A stretch of 64,000 nt of DNA, from the NCBI GenBank assembly GCA_002421665.1, contig DISH01000007.1:209278-273277 (forward strand), written 5' to 3'. This document shows, in pieces, positions 9,839 to 19,300 of the stretch (its first letter is position 1; each line of letters begins with the position of its first letter). The position numbers were made by a program, and so were the translations under genes. The stretch comes from Candidatus Omnitrophica bacterium UBA6215. GTDB taxonomy: Bacteria > Omnitrophota > Gorgyraeia > Pluralincolimonadales > Pluralincolimonadaceae. The notes beneath the pieces were generated by a model, which was not told where the DNA came from, did no database searches, and saw only the letters and a program-made list of their open reading frames with translations.

Positions 9839-9881
9839 GGTCAAACCTCCTATTCAATTTACTCTTCGGAAGAAAAATAAT

Positions 9882-12557
9882 CTATACCAACACACTATTC
9901 AACTCCTCCATAACATCATCCAGCCTATCCCCAAAAACTTCTTTCGCCTTAATAATCCCGCCGCTGCCGCTAAAGGGCGGCAGGAGGAAGTCTTTTTTAT
10001 CCACACTGCCGGAGCCGGCGATGTGCTCGGCAATCATAGTCAACCACTGAATCTGCCGGCCGGTGAAAGTTTTACCCAAAAACTGTTGATCTTTCAACCA
10101 TTCTTGGAAACGATGTTCCACATGCTCTTTAAACGGCTCCAGGACTTCTTCTTTGCGGACGGCAAAACGCACCAAAGAGATAATGTCGGTTAATTGGGTT
10201 TGCACGGAGAAGCCGCGCACTTTGGATTTTTCCAGTTGTTCGTATGCCTGCCAGAGGGCATCGGTGGTAAAGCCGTAAGGCGGCATTTCGATTTTTTCGG
10301 CTAAGTCGCGGATCTCTTCATAGGTAATATGGCGTTTTTTGTAGGGCAGGTTATAGATGATCTGCAGGGCAGTGATCTTATCTTTATTTTCTGCGACGAA
10401 CTGCTCGAACTTCTTGACCAGGGATAAAGCTTTTTCTTTGGCCTGTTGGTCAAAGCCGGATCTGATGATTTTATCTACGGTAGTAGTGTCAATGGTCTGT
10501 TCGGCCTTGGTTTGTAACGCCGTAAGCAGTTGGCGAAAATCCGGATTATCAAAGGGCGCGCAGGCTTGGTCCCGGTCAGGAGCGGTATCCGGATCGATAA
10601 CGGACATAAGATCGTTGGTAATGTCGGTTAAGGACTTGCCGCCGGATGCTTCTTTAATCCGCTGAATGTCTCTCTCCTCTAATTCCAGGTTCAGGCGCGC
10701 TAAACGCGAAGCCAGGCTGGAAAGTGTATCATTATCCCGGATGCCGATGGCTACGTTGTTGAGTAATTTAGGCGTAGGAACGCTTTTCTGGCGGTCAAGG
10801 GTAGTGGTCTGGCTCTTCTCGCTTTCGCAGACGCCAACGGCATCCACGATCACAAAATGAGTTTTGGCTCTGGCGTCGGAGGTTACCGCGTGCAAATCAT
10901 CCGGATCAATCACCCGGGTGCCGCGGCCTTTCATCTGCTCGAAATAGACCGCGGATTTGACGTCACGCATAAATAAGATACATTCCAGGGGCTTGATGTC
11001 GGTGCCGGTTGAGATCATATCCACGGTTACGGCAATCCGGGGATTGAAGCTATTGCGAAAGGCGGCGATCAGGTCATCGGTGTTTTCTTGGGTGCGGTAG
11101 GTTATTTTCTTGCAGAAATCATTGCCTTTACCGAATTCTTCGCGCACGATACCGGTGATGTCCTCGGCATGGCTATCGTCTTTGGCGAAAATCAGGGTTT
11201 TCGGGACTTCACTGCGTCCGGGAAAGATTTCCGTAAAGAGTTTATCCTTAAACTCGCGGGTAACCGTGCGGATCTGATCTTTAACCACAATACTACGGTC
11301 AAGCTGATCCGGAGTGTAATCTAAATCCTCGTCCAGCTTTTCCCAGCGAAGTTTGCGAGTAAGTTTGTCGCGTTTGTCCACGTAAAAACCGGAAAGGATC
11401 TTGCCCCCTTTTTCCGTAGTCTCGGTGCGAATGCGGTAAACATCAAAACCGACGTTGACCTTATCCGCCACTGCCCGATTGTGGTCGTATTCCATCACCA
11501 GGTTCTTGTTAAAGAAACCGATGGTCTGATTAGACGGGGTGGCAGTAAGGCCGATGATAAAGGAATCAAAGTATTCCAGGACCTGGCGCCAGAGATTGTA
11601 AATGGAGCGGTGGCATTCGTCCACGATGATGAAGTCAAAGGTTTCAATGGGGATCTTGCCCCGGAATTTGATCGCCTGGGGGTCGATGTCAAGCGCAGAT
11701 GATTCATAAAGGGACTTCTCTTCCAAACTGGCGTCCAGTTCCTGGTCGCCTTTAAGCATGGAGAAAAGGCGCTGGATGGTGGTAATGCAAACCTTGGCGT
11801 CCTGGTCAAAGACGTTGGTGGCCATATGCTGGACAATATAGAGATCGGTGAAACAGCGGTTGTCGTCAAAAGGGATATAGCTCTGGAATTCTTTTTTGAC
11901 CTGCCGGCCCAGAGAACAGCGATCAACCAAGAAGAGAATACGGCGGGCCTTGGCGAATTTGATCAGGCGGTAGATTTCGCTGATGGCGGTGTAGGTTTTG
12001 CCACTGCCGGTAGCCATTTGCAGAAGCGCGCGCGGACGGCTGTCATGTAAAGATACTTCCAGATTCTTGACCGCCTCGATCTGGCACTGGCGCAGGTTAT
12101 AGGGATCTAATGGCGGTAATTCGCGCAGGCGCCGGCGCAGGGTTTGCGGATCCTGGACCCATTCGGCTAAAGTTGCCGGGCTGTGAAAAGCAAAAACCCG
12201 GCGGGAACAAGGATCCGGATCACGCTGACTGCGAAAAAAGGTCTCAATACCGGTAGATTCGTAGGCAAACGGCAGAACATCGTCAATATGCGGCAGGTTT
12301 TCAGGGATTGAGGCATTGTAGCGGGCGGTTTGTTCAGCCACGCCGGAAAGCGTGGTGCCTTCGGTTTTGGCTTCCACGGTGCCGACGGCTTTACGATCCA
12401 CAAAAAGCAAATAATCGGCCGGGCCGGATTTAGTGGGAAACTCCCGGACAGCTACTCCCCTGCCGGCGGAAAGATTAATCTTACGGACATCCTGGATAAT
12501 CCATCCGGCTTCTTTTAATAAATCATCGATAACTTTACGTGCCTCTGCTTCGCTCAT
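9882..12557 (-). CDS. hsdR: Type I restriction enzyme R subunit HsdR, 891 aa
   Basis: N-terminus MSEAEARKVIDDLLKEAGW...PADYLLF matches the HsdR_N nuclease domain. Downstream are SF2 helicase motifs (GSGKT, DECHRS). GC is host-like. Confidence 0.85.
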   Translation of the reverse strand: MSEAEARKVIDDLLKEAGWIIQDVRKINLSAGRGVAVREFPTKSGPADYLLFVDRKAVGTVEAKTEGTTLSGVAEQTARYNASIPENLPHIDDVLPFAYESTGIETFFRSQRDPDPCSRRVFAFHSPATLAEWVQDPQTLRRRLRELPPLDPYNLRQCQIEAVKNLEVSLHDSRPRALLQMATGSGKTYTAISEIYRLIKFAKARRILFLVDRCSLGRQVKKEFQSYIPFDDNRCFTDLYIVQHMATNVFDQDAKVCITTIQRLFSMLKGDQELDASLEEKSLYESSALDIDPQAIKFRGKIPIETFDFIIVDECHRSIYNLWRQVLEYFDSFIIGLTATPSNQTIGFFNKNLVMEYDHNRAVADKVNVGFDVYRIRTETTEKGGKILSGFYVDKRDKLTRKLRWEKLDEDLDYTPDQLDRSIVVKDQIRTVTREFKDKLFTEIFPGRSEVPKTLIFAKDDSHAEDITGIVREEFGKGNDFCKKITYRTQENTDDLIAAFRNSFNPRIAVTVDMISTGTDIKPLECILFMRDVKSAVYFEQMKGRGTRVIDPDDLHAVTSDARAKTHFVIVDAVGVCESEKSQTTTLDRQKSVPTPKLLNNVAIGIRDNDTLSSLASRLARLNLELEERDIQRIKEASGGKSLTDITNDLMSVIDPDTAPDRDQACAPFDNPDFRQLLTALQTKAEQTIDTTTVDKIIRSGFDQQAKEKALSLVKKFEQFVAENKDKITALQIIYNLPYKKRHITYEEIRDLAEKIEMPPYGFTTDALWQAYEQLEKSKVRGFSVQTQLTDIISLVRFAVRKEEVLEPFKEHVEHRFQEWLKDQQFLGKTFTGRQIQWLTMIAEHIAGSGSVDKKDFLLPPFSGSGGIIKAKEVFGDRLDDVMEELNSVLV

Positions 12558-12568
12558 ACAACCTCTAT

Positions 12569-13258
12569 TCAGTTATCTGAAAAACTATAGTAATCAGCCC
12601 CGCCTACGATTATATGGTCGAGAACCTCGATTCCCAGTAAATCTGCGGCGGCGGATAAGTCTTCGGTAAATTTCTTGTCTTGAGCGCTCGGTGCAGCGTT
12701 GCCGCTTGGGTGGTTGTGAACGCAAACGATAGATTTGGCGAATTTTTGCAATGCGGCGTGAATTATTTCGCGAACAATAGGAAATGCCTTATCGACCGTG
12801 CCGACGGCCGTATCCGAAATATCGATTATGCGGTTGTTGTTGTCGAGATACACCACCTTGAAAACTTCAGTCTTAAGATCGCGGAGTTGGGGCATTATTA
12901 TATCTACGACATCTTTGGCGGAGGCGACCTTTTGTTTGCCGGTGGACACATCGTCCTGACGATAGCGCCGCCCGATTTCAAGCGCGGCTTGAATATGGGC
13001 AATCTTGGCCCCGCCTAAACCTTTGAATTCTTTCCAATCTCTTGTATCTGTGTGAGCCATGCTCCGAAACGAGCCGAATTTCTTGAGGATAGCTCGGGCG
13101 AGGTCTATCGCGCTGGTCCCCTTTGTGCCTGTGCGAAGAAGAATTGCCAGAAGCTCCGAATCGCTCAAAGCCCCCGCCCCCTTCTTGAGCAGCTTCTCGC
13201 GCGGCCTGTCGTCTATGGGCCAGCTTTTGATACCGGTTATTCGATTCGTTTTTTTCAT
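12569..13258 (-). CDS. radC: RadC-family JAB/MPN domain protein, 229 aa
   Basis: HNHPSGNAAPSAQD JAMM motif plus an N-terminal HhH region. It ends 11 bp before hsdR. Confidence 0.8.
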   Translation of the reverse strand: MKKTNRITGIKSWPIDDRPREKLLKKGAGALSDSELLAILLRTGTKGTSAIDLARAILKKFGSFRSMAHTDTRDWKEFKGLGGAKIAHIQAALEIGRRYRQDDVSTGKQKVASAKDVVDIIMPQLRDLKTEVFKVVYLDNNNRIIDISDTAVGTVDKAFPIVREIIHAALQKFAKSIVCVHNHPSGNAAPSAQDKKFTEDLSAAADLLGIEVLDHIIVGGADYYSFSDN

Positions 13259-13266
13259 ATTTATTG

Positions 13267-14706
13267 CTAGAAGAACAAGAGAAATATCGACAATGGAATG
13301 AACAGCAGCTTCTTTTCGTCTTGCGTCTTAACGAAATCTTTTGTCACAACAATTCCAAATTTCTGATCAAAAGCGTTAACAAAATACTTGATTGACGCCA
13401 GATCGTCCATCGCATCTCTATATTTGACTTCGACCGGCAGATACCGCTTGCCGCCTACATGAACTACAAAATCGACCTCGCGTTTCGCGTCCTTATAGTA
13501 AGACAGCTCTATTGCTCCCTCGAATTGCCGCAAGGCGTTAAATACGAGATTTTCGGCATAAAATCCCATGGCTGAGGGGTCGCTTAAAACGCTTTCGTTC
13601 AGTTTCAAGATAGCGTTTCGCAGCGCTAAATCAAGAAGATAGCATTTCACGCTACCCCGCCTGAACTTAAGCGGCCTTTTTGAGAATCGAGGTAGCGTTT
13701 TTACGAGATCTGTCATTTCCAAAAGCGGCAAATATTTTTCAAGCATCGGCCTGCTGACGCCAACCTTCTGAGAGGCCTTTTCTATATTAATCTCTTGTCC
13801 GGGCTGTTCGATAAGCGACAAATAGTAACTCTTTATTTTCTCCGGCTTCCGGAACTCCGTAGCTATAATCAAATCCTCGAAAATCACCTTTTGTACCTGA
13901 TTATCGAAAAGGTATTCCTGCTTGGCAACAATATCTTCTATTTCCCAGGACTCCGGGAATCCTCCTTCGATAAAATATCTATTCAACTGAATGTTTAATT
14001 CGCGAAAGACGTTCCCCGGAACGTTCAATGGACCGGATTCCGATTGAAATTCCTTCCAATCAACGGCCATTTCTCTTTGAAGTTTATATCCGAAAGCCTG
14101 AGCGCGTTTTACGAAATCAAGGACCTCGCTATCGCCCGCTTTATGAAAATAAACGAATTCCTTGAAAGAAAACGGCAATATATGATTATCTTTTATCCTT
14201 CCTAATAGACTCTCTCGGCTTTTACGGAATATCGGCGATGAGGCGGAACCGGATATGACAAATCTTACAGGAAACCCGAGGTCATAGTATTTCTTCAGAT
14301 ACAGCTCCCAGCGGTCAAAACGCTGAACTTCATCCAGAAAAAAATAAACCGTTTCGCTTTTACGCGTAATATCGGCCCACTTTATCATCTCATCGAAGAA
14401 ATGTTCGCGCATCTGTGGTTCCGACAAAAGTGGATCATCGAAAGAAAAATAGACAATTTGATTGGGCTTGGCATGACCGTCATTAATCAGTGATTGGATA
14501 ATTTGTTTAAGGAGGGTTGTCTTTCCGACTCGACGCGGTCCTGTAATCGAAATGATTTGTTTCAGTGATAAGAGGTCTTTGTAGATTTTATGAAAGACGG
14601 GTCTTTTAAAAACCTCGGTTTTAACTACGCCTTCTTTCCACCAATGGTTATATGGAGTTAATATCGCCTCTATCTGAACGCCGTCAAATTCGCCTCTTCT
14701 CACCAA
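13267..14706 (-). CDS. AAA+ ATPase with DUF4143 C-terminal domain (AAA_14 family), 479 aa
   Basis: Walker A ITGPRRVGKTTLL and Walker B FFLDEVQ. Overall architecture is typical of the DUF4143 ATPase family. Confidence 0.7.
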   Translation of the reverse strand: MVRRGEFDGVQIEAILTPYNHWWKEGVVKTEVFKRPVFHKIYKDLLSLKQIISITGPRRVGKTTLLKQIIQSLINDGHAKPNQIVYFSFDDPLLSEPQMREHFFDEMIKWADITRKSETVYFFLDEVQRFDRWELYLKKYYDLGFPVRFVISGSASSPIFRKSRESLLGRIKDNHILPFSFKEFVYFHKAGDSEVLDFVKRAQAFGYKLQREMAVDWKEFQSESGPLNVPGNVFRELNIQLNRYFIEGGFPESWEIEDIVAKQEYLFDNQVQKVIFEDLIIATEFRKPEKIKSYYLSLIEQPGQEINIEKASQKVGVSRPMLEKYLPLLEMTDLVKTLPRFSKRPLKFRRGSVKCYLLDLALRNAILKLNESVLSDPSAMGFYAENLVFNALRQFEGAIELSYYKDAKREVDFVVHVGGKRYLPVEVKYRDAMDDLASIKYFVNAFDQKFGIVVTKDFVKTQDEKKLLFIPLSIFLLFF

Positions 14707-14789
14707 AACCTCCTATATATTTATGTAAACTATATTTAACATAAATATACTTATTTGTCAACCCTTTAATTATCAATGGGTTAGCCCGC

Positions 14790-15161
14790 TCAAATCTTCC
14801 CCCAAAACTCCTCGCACTTCATTGGCGTCGCCCGTGCATCCTTCGCGTAAAAATACAGCGAGCGGTCGGAGGAGACGACGCGCAGGTTGCGGCGCTGTCG
14901 TGGGGCGATGCTGTCGATGTAGCGCTTAATCCAGCCGTCGGCGTCCTTTGCCGCGACGATGCGCAGCTTCGCGGTGCTCCTTATGGGCATATCGAGGTAC
15001 TCGTTCTTGCTGTCGAAGACAAGTACTATCGGGTCCGCGTGCGACTCCTGGAACTTCTCGAGTATCGCTATCAAGTGCGCGGCCCCGGCGAGGGCGTCGT
15101 CATAATCTATGCTGCTGTGCTCGTGGCGCACCATGTTCCAACCGTCGATGATTATGGGCAT
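14790..15161 (-). CDS. YacP/Rae1-like NYN (PIN-like) domain protein, 123 aa
   Basis: PIIIDGWNMV, IVLVFDS and RVVSSDRSLY align with YacP (LLVDGYNMI, VIVVFDA, ATSDYTEQ). Confidence 0.55.
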   Translation of the reverse strand: MPIIIDGWNMVRHEHSSIDYDDALAGAAHLIAILEKFQESHADPIVLVFDSKNEYLDMPIRSTAKLRIVAAKDADGWIKRYIDSIAPRQRRNLRVVSSDRSLYFYAKDARATPMKCEEFWGKI

Positions 15162-15163
15162 TC

Positions 15164-15991
15164 TTACCTTATGAAATAACCTTTAACTCGAGGCCGCGTA
15201 AAATAAACAACTATAAACACCGATAACGCAATCATAATAATAAAAAACCCCGACCTTATAAACAAACCTAAGGCATCGGATAACCGGAGTACTATAAACG
15301 AAAACACGATACCTGTTACCCAGGAAAATATAACATGTAAAAACCAAGCCAAGCGCAAGCGAAATACGGTTAAAATAGACCTTATAATCAACAATATCCC
15401 CGCAAGAAAAAGAAATCTATAATCAAACCATGGCAAACCTAAAAGTTGCCGCGCAATATATAAAGTGATTGCCCCGACTAAAAAATCCGCTAAACATAAA
15501 CCCTGTATCACCGGCAACCTGCGAAGCGGGTTGTTCTCAATCCTGTTTTTAATGACCGTTGTGGTTGTCCAACCCAAAGCTAAAATTGCGGATATGACAT
15601 TAACTAAAGTGATGGGCGGAAAACCTCTGATAATATTTGGGTCAGCCTTAACCGCTTCCGCTATAGTTCCAGCAACGGCTAATATTACTATATAAAACAT
15701 AACAACAAAATATAAATCCATAACAACAAAACGCCACAATATATCCCAACCGATAAAATCGGTTATTGCAAAGTTATACTTGGTTTTTGAGATCTTTTTG
15801 CCCAAAAAGTCAAAAAGAAATAAACATATAACAGCGCAAATACCGTACTGTAGCGGCTGCAGGCGTTCCGGTATCAAGAAACCCCTTCCCCCGTCCATGT
15901 TAATTTGAGCTATCAGGAAAAACAGGAAAAATATCGGGAAAGTTCTCCAGAACATCGACCAGCCGTTTATAATATCTTCTTTGGTAAACAA
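15164..15991 (-). CDS. Polytopic membrane protein, 275 aa
   Basis: About 7 hydrophobic helices. The C-terminal ~45 aa are paralogous to the downstream 128-aa protein. Confidence 0.55.
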   Translation of the reverse strand: MFTKEDIINGWSMFWRTFPIFFLFFLIAQINMDGGRGFLIPERLQPLQYGICAVICLFLFDFLGKKISKTKYNFAITDFIGWDILWRFVVMDLYFVVMFYIVILAVAGTIAEAVKADPNIIRGFPPITLVNVISAILALGWTTTTVIKNRIENNPLRRLPVIQGLCLADFLVGAITLYIARQLLGLPWFDYRFLFLAGILLIIRSILTVFRLRLAWFLHVIFSWVTGIVFSFIVLRLSDALGLFIRSGFFIIMIALSVFIVVYFTRPRVKGYFIR

Positions 15992-16001
15992 TTAGACCGC
16001 C

Positions 16002-16388
16002 TTATTTGTTAAACTGCTTCCTTACGTCAGGTAAAATAAGGAAGATAACCAAAATAACCGTAGATATTATCAAAGTCACGATAAACTCTTTTTCGCTGTC
16101 CGAACTGCGAAATAGCGTAACAAATATAGCGATTATAATAGCTGTTGCCCAAGAAAACGCTAAATGCAATATCCATGCTATACGATACCGCATCAGAGTC
16201 AAAATGCCCCTGACCAGAAACAGAATGGCAAAAAGGACTAATTCACCTCCTTTTACGTTTGAATCTACGCTTGGGCCTAAAAAACTTAAGAATAATACAA
16301 AAGGAAATACGAGTAAATCAAAAATACCGAACATCTGTGTTGCAGGCAGGTCGTTTTCTTTCGTGTTCTCCATTTTTACCCCCAGCAA
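16002..16388 (-). CDS. Small membrane protein, 128 aa, paralogous to the C-terminus of the preceding protein
   Basis: Shared block ILT(L/V)xR(Y/L)R(I/L)AW(I/F)LH(L/V)xFSW(A/V)T. Confidence 0.5.
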   Translation of the reverse strand: MLGVKMENTKENDLPATQMFGIFDLLVFPFVLFLSFLGPSVDSNVKGGELVLFAILFLVRGILTLMRYRIAWILHLAFSWATAIIIAIFVTLFRSSDSEKEFIVTLIISTVILVIFLILPDVRKQFNK

Positions 16389-19300
16389 ATATCATAAAAA
16401 TCACACCTAGCACCCCCGGCGCCGCACCTGCCGGGCTTGTCGTCTTTCTCCGGGAGTTTCGCGAAATCGAGTTTCTTTATGCGGGCACGGACGTCCTTGA
16501 TGAGCGCGGCAAGCTCGGCAACCATATCATCGGTCAATTCCACCCTCTTCTTGACGAACCCACCCGCCTCAAGGTCGTGTTTGGCGACAGACTCCTTGGC
16601 CGGGTCGAGAAAGACGAGCACCCCCTCCTTCACCTTGCGGCCCTGCGATTCTTTCTTGTCGTTGTCGAAGAGCAGTTTATAGGAGATGAGCTGGCGCAGG
16701 TAGTCCTCAAAGTCGCCGCTCGATACCGGGATCTCCTTTGAGATGGAATTGTTGATGCCCTTGACGTGCTTGTCCGGCTCGCCGGTCTTATAGTCGACCA
16801 CGCGCACACAGCCTTCGGCGAGGCAACCGGTACCGATCGCCTCGGTCTTGTCGTACTTACCGGTAAATTTCAGGTCGTCGCCGAGCATCACGACAAGCCG
16901 CCTCTCGAGGCCGAGCGGCTTGACCGGCAGGCGCGACTCTTCCTTGAACCAGGCCTTGAAAGTCTCCGCCTGGCGCAGGCACGCGGTCTTTATCGCCTCT
17001 TCCGGGGCCTCGTGGGCCAATTCCCGGATAAAGGCATCCTTGAAGAACGCAAAATCCGGGAACTTGCCTTCTTTCATGAACTTGCCGTAGGTATCTTCAA
17101 GCGCCTTGTGCGTGCAGTTACCGAAGACGAGCGACTGCTTCTTCGGCGACGGCAGCATGAGGACATCGTCGTATAAATACTTGCGCGGGCAGTTGATGTA
17201 ATTGTTGAGCGCCGTCGGGTTAAGCGACAGGTCCGCGACGAGGTCGGCGAGGACCTTGTCCGTGCCGATGAACGGGTCTTGGGCGTCGGTGGAGTCGAGC
17301 GCCGCTTTAAGGAGCTCCTCTTCTTTCGCCTTCGACTCCCTGGCATCTACGCCTGCCAGGTACGAGCTTGGGACAGCGCTCTCCGTGGGGCTCGCCGTAT
17401 AGATAAGGTTCGCCTTGGCGCGCGTCGAGGCAACGTAAAAAAGGCGCGTCTCATCGTAATAATCGAGCTGCTTTAATATCTCCTTGTCGGTCGGGATCTC
17501 TTTCGATTTGTATACCTCCGGCGGAAGCGGGATAGTGACCCCCTGCGGGCGTTTCGGCCAGCGCTTCTTTTCAAGGCAGAACGGGATGAAGACCGTGTGG
17601 AACTCGAGGCCCTTCGAGCCGTGCGCCGTGTAGATGCGCACACCTTCCTGTGCGGCCGTGACAAGCTCGCCCTGCAGCGGCATGCCGTGGGCCTTGCGCG
17701 TCTCGAGCTCGTCAATGAATTCCTTCAGCGTGATGCCCGGACGTGCTACGTCGGATTCCTTCACCATGTTGACGAACGACGTCAGCGCGCGCAGGTCGCG
17801 GATACGCAGGAGGTCGTTGTCGTCGTATTTATCGAGGATGAACTTCATCACCCCGGCATCCTTGATATACTGCATAAGGATCGCGTGCACCGGCCTCGTC
17901 TCCGCCTCGAACAGCAGGTTCTTAATAGGGGACGTGTCAAAAAGGGACACTCCGCTGCCCGCCATATATTCCGAGAACATCGAGACCGTCGGGGCCTCGC
18001 CTTTCTTGCGCTGGTCGTATTTCTTCGCGCGCACCGAGGCGATGAATCGCAGGACGTCGTTCATCGGGATGCGCATGTAATCGGCGGTGAGGATCCGGTA
18101 AAGGTAAGCGTCCTTCTGCTCCACCTCGATATCCGGCGTGTGCGCGAAATAAAGGACATCGAGCATCTGGCGGACGCGCTTCTCGCCGGAGATGTCTTCC
18201 TTGCCGTCGGTGGCATAGGGAATGCCCGCGCGCAGGAACGCGTCGACCACGCGCAGGATATCGTCGCGCTGGCGCACAAGGACGGCCATGTCGTCGAACG
18301 CCACGCCCTCTTTCTTCAAGATCTCTTTTATGCGCCGGGCAATGAAGAGCATCTCTTCGGTCTCGGTCGTAAATTCATCGTACTCGATAGTCTTCTTCTT
18401 GAAATCTCTTTCGGGGGCGAGGGCTTTGACTTCGTAGCGCTCTTTTTTGGGCAAGTTATTGATTATGCGGTCGGAAAGCGAGATTATCTCTTTGGTCGAG
18501 CGGTAATTCTTCTCCAGGGCGATAACCTTCAGGCCGGGAAACCTCTTCTTGAGTTCCTTAAAATTAGCGACGGAAGCGCCTTGGAACCTGAAGATAGACT
18601 GGTCGTCGTCGCCGACACAGCAAATGTTCGGGGAGCCTATTTCAAACAGCAGGTCGAGCTGGGCGCCGTTGGTGTCCTGGAACTCGTCGACCATTATATA
18701 GGTATATTGTGAGCGCAGCGCGAGCGCAAGCTCATGCTCGCTGCGGATCGCCTCGATGGCGAAGAGGATCATGTCATCGTAATCGTAGCGGCCACGGTCG
18801 TCAAACAGGTCCTTGTTCTTCCCGGCCTTGTATTCCTCGTAAAGTTTATAGACGACGGCGAGGGCCTTGAGCCGCTCGATGTGCTTCTCTTCGATGTAGG
18901 CGCCGTCGGGTCCGGCCTTTTCCACGATCCCGGCGAATTGAGCCGGCGATATACCCTCGCGCTTTAGCTCGGTTATCCTCTGGCTGATCTCTCTCTCGAA
19001 AGCATAAGGCGCGCGGAACGGACGGATCTTATCAATGCCCTCGGTGTTATCCAAAATATATTCGAGAAGTTTTATCCGCTCGATGTCAGTTATCTGGACG
19101 CGTTCCTGTATGTATTCGGCGGCCTCCTCAGACTCGAGCACGATGGAATTCGCGAAACTGTGGAATGTCGCGGTTTCAATATTATATGCGGCCGCTCCTA
19201 GTATCCTGACCAGGCGCTCTTTCATAGCCTTGGCGGCGGCATTCGTGTACGTCAGGATGAGGATATTCTCGGGCTTTGCCTTCTTCGCCCTGATAATGTT

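Noticed and set aside
5565-9844. Assignment of the MTase/ATPase cassette to BREX, DISARM, Dnd or type III R-M
   Set aside because: There is no PglZ, BrxC/L, DrmA/B/C, DndABCDE or Res/Mod-like gene. The MTase is alpha-class (FxGxG before DPPY), not a beta-class Mod, and is far too small for PglX.
760-9850. Possibility that the AT-rich insert is a prophage or integrative element with its own integrase
   Set aside because: There is no integrase, recombinase, transposase or phage structural gene within it. Every ORF is either an R-M component or a defence-type domain protein.
17597-18712. Long plus-strand ORF (371 aa) and several other plus-strand ORFs between 16400 and 19400
   Set aside because: They are antisense to the UvrD-nuclease gene in GC-rich DNA. 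The sequence is Arg/Ala/Val-rich and low-complexity, typical of shadow ORFs.
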